Of a stretch of DNA of 64,000 nucleotides, positions 55,617-64,000 are shown one piece after another. How positions within the stretch are numbered: the stretch's first letter is position 1; the number at the start of each line of letters is the position of its first letter. The notes under the pieces were generated by a model, which worked only from the letters and a program-made list of their open reading frames with translations, was not told the DNA's origin and did not search any database. The position numbers were made by a program, and so were the translations under genes. Source of the stretch: Oopsacas minuta (taxonomy: Eukaryota > Animalia > Porifera); the NCBI GenBank assembly GCA_024704765.1, contig JAKMXF010000011.1, positions 541,557 to 605,556 of the forward strand. The letters run 5' to 3'.

Positions 55617-58600
55617 ATGAGTGAGGCAGTAGTGTTGGAGATAGAAGATCTTCGTAAAAAGATAACTCTATACGAAGGCAATCATAAGGCGCATTATGAA
55701 GGAATGGAATGGACAATCAAGCATAACAAAGAACTTCTCTCAAAACTACGTGCAGATAACAAGGAACTACAGAAACAACTCAGGTTCAAAGCTGAAGAGG
55801 GAGATATGGTGACTCAGGCTTTTGAGAATCTCGGTAAGACTCTACCACCTGATTACAGGAACGTGTCAGTGCACCAGGTATGTTGCTATGGAGATAATTT
55901 TATTTCGTATTTCAAAATACATGAAAATCTCAATATTATGAAACTCACAAGTTACCCAAATTTATGTTTCGTAATGTTTTAATTACTCTTACAAAACTCT
56001 TTACGATACAACTTAGACCTTTTTTCTTGAATACTAGCATTCTTGCCCACTGTCTCGCTTTTTGTACTTTTATGTTGACTATTTTGACCAAAAACATACC
56101 GAAAAGCTGAATTTCCAACTCTTCAGTAGCCAAACTAATAAAATAGACACCATTAATGAGCATATTAAACCATTTATACCTTATTAACCGCTTGTCACAA
56201 TTTACTGACACTATCTGCTTAGTTTTGTTCCTGGCCAAGTGAACCCGATCTTCCAATAACTCACTGTCCCACTTAATTAAAACTCTCAGATATTATTATA
56301 GTTGGTAGAATGAGCATGTTTAAAGCGATCATCTGTCCCTAGGCTAAAGAGAGATTTGATCAGGGTATAGCTGGTTTCCTTAAGAAACACAATCTACTCA
56401 AACATCAGATAAAGAAACGAGAAGATGAGCGTAATCATCTCAGTTCTCAGCTATCACAGCTAGAACTACAAAGCAAGGATCTGTCTAACTTGGATTGTCC
56501 CGAGGGTAAGGAGTTAAGATCTCTTGAGAATCAGCTGGATAAGATTAAGATTAAGTTATCAGAGGCACAACATATTCAGAAGATTTATCAGGAAATTATT
56601 CAGAAGTTACAGGTAACAAGCAGTTTAAAATGTCCCTCAATCTTTATTTACTAATTTTCATTGAAATTATGGTCTTATCCAGGTCTAAGCTGTGCACTTA
56701 ATCGATGGATTTTCAATAATTATGGTAAAACATCCATTTTAAGTACTGAAATTTTTCTTATGCTTTAAAATTGGATCGTTTTCCAAGTAACACCTCAGCC
56801 GTGCCTCAAACGAAAGCTCAATTTGAGCATTCACACAAGTCTTCCAATTTAGGAGGTTTTACTGTACGTATGTATATATAATGGGACCTGTATAATCCAA
56901 TGTATTATCAGGGAGACCTCTATAATCAATCCTACAGCGTTTCTGATCTGAAATAGCTGACAATACAAGTGTACCTGCATAATCTGACACAGTTTCTATG
57001 TCCCATCGAGTGTCGAATCATGCAGGTTCCACTGTACAGTGGTGTTCGCATATTAGCAATTCGTCTAATAGCCAAATCCACATATTAGCAACTGTTTTCA
57101 TGGAAATAGAAACCATTTTTGTATGGTAAATAATGCATATAGCCAATACGCGTATTAGCAAGGAAAATCATCCAAAATAAGATTGATAATAGGCGAACAG
57201 TATTTAGACGTGCGAAATCAACTAAGTAACCCATATCTTAAACTAAATGCATATATTCTAGACGCGGAAGAAATGAAAATGCTTTTACCCTATTATGCAA
57301 TTAGAAACTGTATGAAACCCTGAATGAGGTACAAAATATGTAATTGTGTCTCTGCAACAATGCAATTAAATCAGGGTTGGTAGGTTTTGTCCATGTGGTA
57401 AAATCGTCCTGTCCAAAACCTCTTAACTGGGCAAAACTGGTCGAAATCTATTTGTAATACTAGTGCATGTTATATGGTGAATAAATCGATGTATAATTTG
57501 CCTAGATTCGTTCCCACTAAGAGCTATATCGCAAAGCTCATGTGTTACAAAGTTTTTGAATTTTAATGCTTTTCCACCACGTTGCCGATTCCAATGCATC
57601 TTCTGCACATTCAATATAGACTATAGATGCGGAAAATGGTGTTGCCTTTGCCTGAAACTGATAAAGTTGCGGCGAAAGGGAAGCATTTAGTAGAATTAGC
57701 AAACTCCTCACTATTTCCTGTGTTTATATGGAAGCCTCTGTCCCATATTCTTCGGATTGGTCATGTTGGTTAGGAAGTGAAATAAGATCTCCCAAAAGTT
57801 TTGTACGTTTTCTTATTACTCAAGGTTATAGCATACCTATGGATATAGTATTGACCGGTAAAAACGAGGTTTTTCCCGCTGTCCGTCCGTGTCCAAAACC
57901 AGTTTTGTACAGGCCCAAACCCAACCCTAAATTAATTAGCCCATTCCTATACGTATCTGAAAGAATTGGCAGATATAAATGTCACTGAATAATATATTCT
58001 GTTAATAGGAAGAGAGATTATGGTTTGACACTCTCCTTACAGAAGTAGAACAGAATATCAAAATACGTAAGAAGGATTTTGATAAATTGTCAGATGTATA
58101 TGCAGAAGCAGTGACAGCTAGTTATGTGGCTAAGGAAGATCTCTCCGTAGCTGATCTACATTTCGTAGATGCGAGGAGGGAGAGAGAGAAAATTCTAGAA
58201 GAATTCAAGAAGAAGGTAAATATTACATGTTCGCGATTAGAATCCATTTTGCCTATTTGAGTTCGTTCAGGGGTGATAATTGCATAACTATTGACAAAAC
58301 CTATGATTTTGCAATGCAATTAGGATACATTTCTGTTTGAACAGATTAATTCAGCAACGAATGATCGTTACAAATAACTCTTGTTATTTCGAATATGGAT
58401 ACCTCGAAATTTCCGCTTATATCGAAGTCTTAAATCTTGTAAATATGGACCCAAATCGTCAAAGTCCCCGTATAGTGAAGTAATTATCGCGGTCCCTTGA
58501 GCTTCAAAAAAACGGGAGTTGACTGTACGTATTTAATATTTGACGAGTTATCTAGTTGTTAGCTTCCCCAAACAGTGTAGTTAATTAATATTTAGTGTAT

Positions 58601-59736
58601 ATGTATACATAATTTACTGGAATACTATTAGGTGGATCTACAGAAGGAACAAGCAGAGAAAATAGAGAAAAGACTACAGAGATCTAGCACAGATCTATCA
58701 GATGAAATGGAGCCGTTAGTAGAACAGACTGAAACTAAAGATATATCTGCAATACAGCAGCAGAGACTGCTTACTTATGAGGAAGCTATGGAGGTTATAA
58801 AAGACGCTACTGGAGTATCTGGCATACAGGATGTGGTGAAGAGATTCCTGACTCAAGGTTATAGTTGTACACAGTGGTGTTCGCCTATTAGCTATTCTCC
58901 TAGTACAAGTTTTTCTGGGTCTTAGAGTGCAATAAGTATTTCATTTTTCAAACCAAAAATTGGTTTCATTCATCTAAATACAAAATATTCTGATAGTAGT
59001 ATATGAACACATTTTATCTTAAACACTATTTCCTTTCCTACTATCACTCAGATTATTATACGTTAAAATAGGTGATACACAAGAACATCTGATACATCTG
59101 AAGGAAGAGAACACTACAATACTAGCTAAAGCTAGACAAGACAGGACAGTACTAGCTAGTAAATATGAAGAGAAGAAATACTCAGGAGAGAGTAGAGTAT
59201 CTACTGGAGAGAAAGCATTAGAAGACTTCAATGTAAAGCTACAGGAATCTGAGAAACAGAGAGATACTGCTAAGACCGAAGCAGATCGTTTCAATCGTAT
59301 ACTTAACGAGACTAAATCAGGTGTAGAACATCTAGCTGGTAAACTCTCACAACTCAAAGCACCAAGACCTCCTGGCCCTAAACCACAAGGAGATATAAGT
59401 GAGGAAGAGAGAATTCTAGAACTACTGTATTTATGCGAACAGAAGCTAGTATCGTTGAGTGAAGAATTAGCTGGTAAAGATTTAGATGAAATACAACGTG
59501 AGATAGAAGACCAACAATTCCGTAATGCTATAGAAGGGAAACTACCCACTACAAATATTCGTGTTAAATTACCATCAGCTACAACCTCTGGAATTGATGA
59601 TGATGATTTAGGAGGTGATGAAGCTATTTTCTCTAGAGATATGGCTAAACGTGCGACCCGAGAGCTTATCGATCAACAAACTAAGAAGAAAGTTACTGCT
59701 TCTTCCGATGATACTAAGAAAATACGGAAACGATAA
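55617..59736 (+). CDS. ODAD3: Outer dynein arm docking complex coiled-coil subunit CCDC151/ODAD3; exons 55617-55877, 56343-56612, 58009-58215, 58632-58857, 59072-59736
   Basis: GT..AG junctions keep frame (phases 0,0,0,1). LRSLENQLDKIKIKLSEAQHIQKIYQEIIQKLQEERLWF, YEEAMEVIKDATG, RFLTQGDTQEHL resemble CCDC151. Confidence 0.85.
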
Positions 59737-60042
59737 GTTTATCAATTCTTATGTATAATTACTATATAGGATTGTCTCAGGGTGTACTTTGAACTGAGCT
59801 TGTATGTATGTTAACTCTTGTATCACTTGTAACCACATGACGTATGTGATGACGTCACTATCTATACATTAAATCTTCTGGCTTGATCTACTTTAAATAT
59901 GTTTACATCTTTATCTTTGTAAAATTGAGGGAAATTTTGATATATCTTTGCTTGAACTTACTATTTGTGTTTTAATGCGCTTTGTCAATCTAGGCCAGTT
60001 GCGTTAAATTGCGATGTCTGTATCACAATTCTATCATTACAG

Positions 60043-63000
60043 CTAGTACAACTCTATATTGCATAGATAGATCTAGCAATCCATTTGTAACATGGAGATA
60101 CGTGAGTCTAGATGGCACAATTAGTAATCTAGAAGCTGATACAGAGCTAGAGACTGGGATTAGTTTGTTAACGGTAGGCATAGATGAACCTGGATACTAC
60201 AACTGTGAAGTGAATGAAGATGGCGGATATACTTATACTGTAGCAATTCTTAACACATCAATATATACAGGTAGATATTATAGTTTGCACAATTTCTGCT
60301 GTGTAGTTTGTTTATCTTTATGTTTTTCATACTTTCCAACAGTCCGACATTTCCGAACGTAAATACATAAATTATGAATTACAATTATCTAGCTGGAATG
60401 GATGGAGAAACATATACATACACTATTGGAGTAGATGCAGACAATATTTTCCTATTCTGTTACAATAGTATGGTAGCTTTTTCTGAGACTGGTATGACAG
60501 ATCTTACCACAAGCGAAGATGTAGCAAACCCATTAGAAATAAGCAATTTACCCAATATTGGAATGAGTCGTCAATTTGAGTGTACTTATATCACTGACGG
60601 ATAATCGTTACACGATTTTGATCTCCTTATTAGAGGTTTGTTCTATTCAATTGTTTTTATACAATGGTACCTGGACCCTCCCATAGACTGCAATACATAT
60701 TTACAGATCATGTGGAGCCCTGCTGTCGTCAGTGGAGCAAAAAGGAGTGGTTGTAATGCCAGTCTATTGTACTTCCTATGATCGGAAGTTCGCGGTATTT
60801 GCAAAGGAAGTTCATGCAAAATTACATTCGTAAATATGCGAACACTAGGTATATTCGCCGATAATATATGATTAGAGTATATTGTAAAGATTGATGGAAT
60901 GCTAATGACATTATATTTACTGAATTCACTAAAATATACTCTTGTCTACAGGACCACCCGTGATAATACTGGAGGAAAGAACCACGTCCTACTACGAGCT
61001 ACTATCTCCTGATATCAACAGAGCTTTTGTTAACCTAATGGTAGAAAACGTAGGTATGCATGTAGATACTCCTGGTAGATGGCAGAGACCAGATGATACA
61101 TTTGTGGGAGACAATTCAATAATATTCCAAACTTTTGATACAACCCATCAAGGTTTATACAAGTTCTATATAATGAACTGGGATAATGAAGAAACGCTAG
61201 CTATACAGATAATACTAACAGGTATGTGATTGCAATACTACGTATATTTTCATTAGCAATTAGAGTCACAAGCCAATTCGCGTGGTTTAGATTGCGAATT
61301 GTGCCTCTTCAAAATAGACAATATACAAATGTTATGATTTCACCGATCCTCACCTACTTGTTTGTATTATTTTGGAAAAGTTGATATTTTCTATAAATAT
61401 TTAGTTTATCCATTTGGAGAGAAGATTGATTCAAATACATACATCGCCTTAGAAAACAACTCTCTCTTACTTGCTAATACAATTATTTACTGCATAACAG
61501 AGGAACAAGCTTCAGACCCGGTATATTGGTTCTACTACCCTAGTAATCAACATAGAATGAGCAAATCTCCTACAATTGATCCTGACACAGGAATTAGTAT
61601 ACTATCAGTACAAACAAATGAACCAGGATCCTATGAATGTCAGGTTACGTTTATGGCGACAACCAGAAGCTATATATTTAGTCTGCAGGATCCATCACTT
61701 GTTACTGGTGAGTTTATTGTGACTTGAATCGTGAATTCCATTTTTAATAAAATATAGTAAACTCTCTTTATAACGAAGTGATTCTTTCCCCTAAATCTTG
61801 AAAGTTATTGAAATTACTCGCTTACAATGAAATGAAACTAGTTCCGAGCACTTTGTTTTAACGAGAATTATACTTTAGTAATTGAAGATACGAATTCTTT
61901 CACTTATACAAAGGATATTGACAGAACTGATACATCTCTGCTTTGTAACAAACCTGATAACAGTGTTCCACGCCTTTCCTATTATTGGTACAGCTTTAAC
62001 ACCGAAGTAGGTACTAGAGATCTTTTTGACGTTGGTGGATTAAGTGCAACTGTTGATGGAAAGCAAACTTTGGAATGCTTTAATAATGACGCGCTTTATA
62101 CTATTCTCGTTGTTGACATATTGTTCCAAGGTTTGATGATTAGAATAACATTAGAATACTGAGTAGAAGTATATATCTGGGTTATTCTGTCGTTAGGGAT
62201 TAAATAGATACACTATGCTTATGCTCATTTTTTCTTTTCAAACAAGGTCCTCCCGAAATCACCCTAGATACAGGAATGGGTGAGAGTTATTCTTCTCTAA
62301 CTCCTGGTGACAACACAGCTAGTATTAATCTTCTTACAAAGAATGTAATTCTAGCAACCGTTCTAGCTGGTAGATGGCAGAGACCAAATGGAACATTTGT
62401 TGAAGATAACTCCATACCATTCTCAGCTTTTGAGATATCAGATCAGGGAATATACAAGTTCTATGTTATTAATTGGGAGAGCATAGAAACACTAGCTATT
62501 CAGATCCAGCTTACAGGTATGATGGGATTATTTTGAAGAAAATAGCCCACATATATACTAGATAGTATTTAGCCATGGGTAATATATTTTGTTTATCTGC
62601 TTGGATATTGTTTAAGGTCATGTTGAGACACTCATAGCTAGGTTGGAGGTGGAGATTTCTTATCAGATACGAAATCAAATCTACTATCCATGGTGGTTAA
62701 CAATCGAATATTATATAGAGGGGACTAATGTCATTCAATCATTTGATTGTTAGTTATGATATTCTAGTGTATCCATTTGGAGAAGAGATTGCTCTAAGAG
62801 AATACAACTATTTGGAAGATCTCTCAGTACTGACTACCAATACTACTCTATATTGCATAACAGATGTGATAGATATTCCTGAGGTAATCTGGAAGTATGA
62901 AGATCTAGAAGGTGTGAACACATCCCAATCAGCTGAAACTGATTTCTTCACTGGGTTTAGTTCGTTACTCGTGACTACAGACAAAGTAGGCTACTACAGC

Positions 63001-64000
63001 TGTTATGTAACTGAAAATGGTGCCAGTAAGACGTATTCAATTGCAGTCATAGATACAGAAGTGTACAAAGGTATGCAACATTAATGTGCTATATTTCTAA
63101 CTACAGTGGAATGTGAATTTCGGGACAAGACGAACAATTAATTACACAAATCAGGTCTCTACAATAGTTAGTCAATTGGTATTACTTTGGTTAATACGAA
63201 AACAAATTGTGACCTTTTTTGAGCTAACTATTAACGAGTTTACACTGTAGTTGTATATTCAAATTCAAATAGCAGAGCTTTCATATTTACAATTCTCATA
63301 TTTTCTATTCTTCAGTCCTTGAGGCTGCACAGCCATTCACTTACACTGTCAAGATAGACAGAGATATTGCTTTCCTATTCTGTCACAAACCTGACAACTC
63401 TGTTCCCTTTGGAGCAATCGGTTGGAGAGAGATGGATACCAGTGAGAGGAGGCAGAACCCTCTAAACATTGCAGACATTCCTGACGACGGAAACACCCAT
63501 ACAATGGAATGTTTAGATGCCTTGGATGATACTCCAATATTCAATGTACAAATCCTCATTCAAGGTTTGTGTATTAGATTTAAGTATATCATTATGTATC
63601 AGTATTGAAACTATTCTAATCCTATCAACAGGACCACCTGTCATAACACTGAACACAGGATCTATGGTATCCTACCCTCTACTTTCTGAAAACACCAATA
63701 AAGCTTATCTTGACCTACTCTCACGGAATGTAGCCCTATCTGTTAATCTAGTCGGGAGATGGCAACTACCAGATAACTCTTGGGTCACAACAAGCTCAAT
63801 GACATTCCTCACATTTCAACTATTTGATCAGGGGTTGTACAAGTTCTATGTTACTGATTTGGATAATGTGGATACACTTGCTATTCAGATAGATCTTACA
63901 GGTATTGCCTCTAAGCTTCTAATTGAAATACATTGACAAACAAGTATTCTAATCTTCACTATCATATTTAGTGAATCAATTTGGAGAGAAGATTGATCCA
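60043..64000 (+). CDS. Ig-like repeat protein built from phase-1 exon triplets: A 60043-60270, 61405-61707, 62768-63070, 63972-edge; B 60393-60635, 61879-62130, 63316-63564; C 60952-61221, 62247-62516, 63632-63901
   Basis: All complete exons are AG/GT bounded with lengths divisible by 3. A: LYC..W..GYYxC. B: LFC...xEC. C: GRWQxP...DQGLYKFY. Exon B1 has an in-frame TAA. Start exon not identified; the gene runs off the window. Confidence 0.8.
61755..61875. mobile_element. Tc1/mariner-type MITE abutting the acceptor of Ig exon B2; related copy at about 52970-53090
   Basis: TA|TAGTAAACTCTCTTTATAACGAAGTG ... CACTTTGTTTTAACGAGAATTATACTT|TA-G. Confidence 0.65.

Noticed and set aside
55515-55982. 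Track ORFs 55515-55982, 58632-58925 and 59455-59736 as separate genes
   Set aside because: They are ODAD3 exons with intron read-through or internal starts.
59019-59549. 176-aa antisense ORF
   Set aside because: Shadow of ODAD3 exon 5.
60043-64000. Functional link between the RAG1-like relic and the Ig exon array (V(D)J-like system)
   Set aside because: No heptamer/nonamer signals seen flanking the Ig exons, the exons are ordinary spliced units, and the transposase is dead and 24 kb away. Co-occurrence is best treated as chance.

Overview
AT-rich, gene-dense eukaryotic DNA with metazoan-type genes, mostly single-exon. The gene set and compactness suggest a sponge, possibly a glass sponge such as Oopsacas (inference only). 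Housekeeping genes: SNRPB, XRCC5/Ku80, WDFY2, five-exon ODAD3/CCDC151, the 5' half only of BRIP1/FANCJ, and two identical solitary 5S rRNA genes. Other genes: a DM13-DOMON-cupredoxin-like surface protein, two C2H2 zinc-finger genes plus a broken paralog, a tiny Maf-like bZIP, a VWA-Vint (Hint) protein, a multi-TM orphan, an NHL propeller, a head-to-head pair of multicopper oxidases with patchwork identity, and a phase-1 (A-B-C)n Ig-like exon array running off the right edge. Intergenic DNA and introns are full of DNA-transposon relics (mariner, Tc1, hAT, MITEs). Most notable: a decayed Transib/RAG1-core-like transposase (34.6-36.0 kb, minus strand) with a CACAGTG/CACTGTG heptamer at its presumed left end, lying between the two oxidase genes. 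All calls are by eye; no searches were run. Several frameshifts fall in short homopolymers and could be assembly errors.
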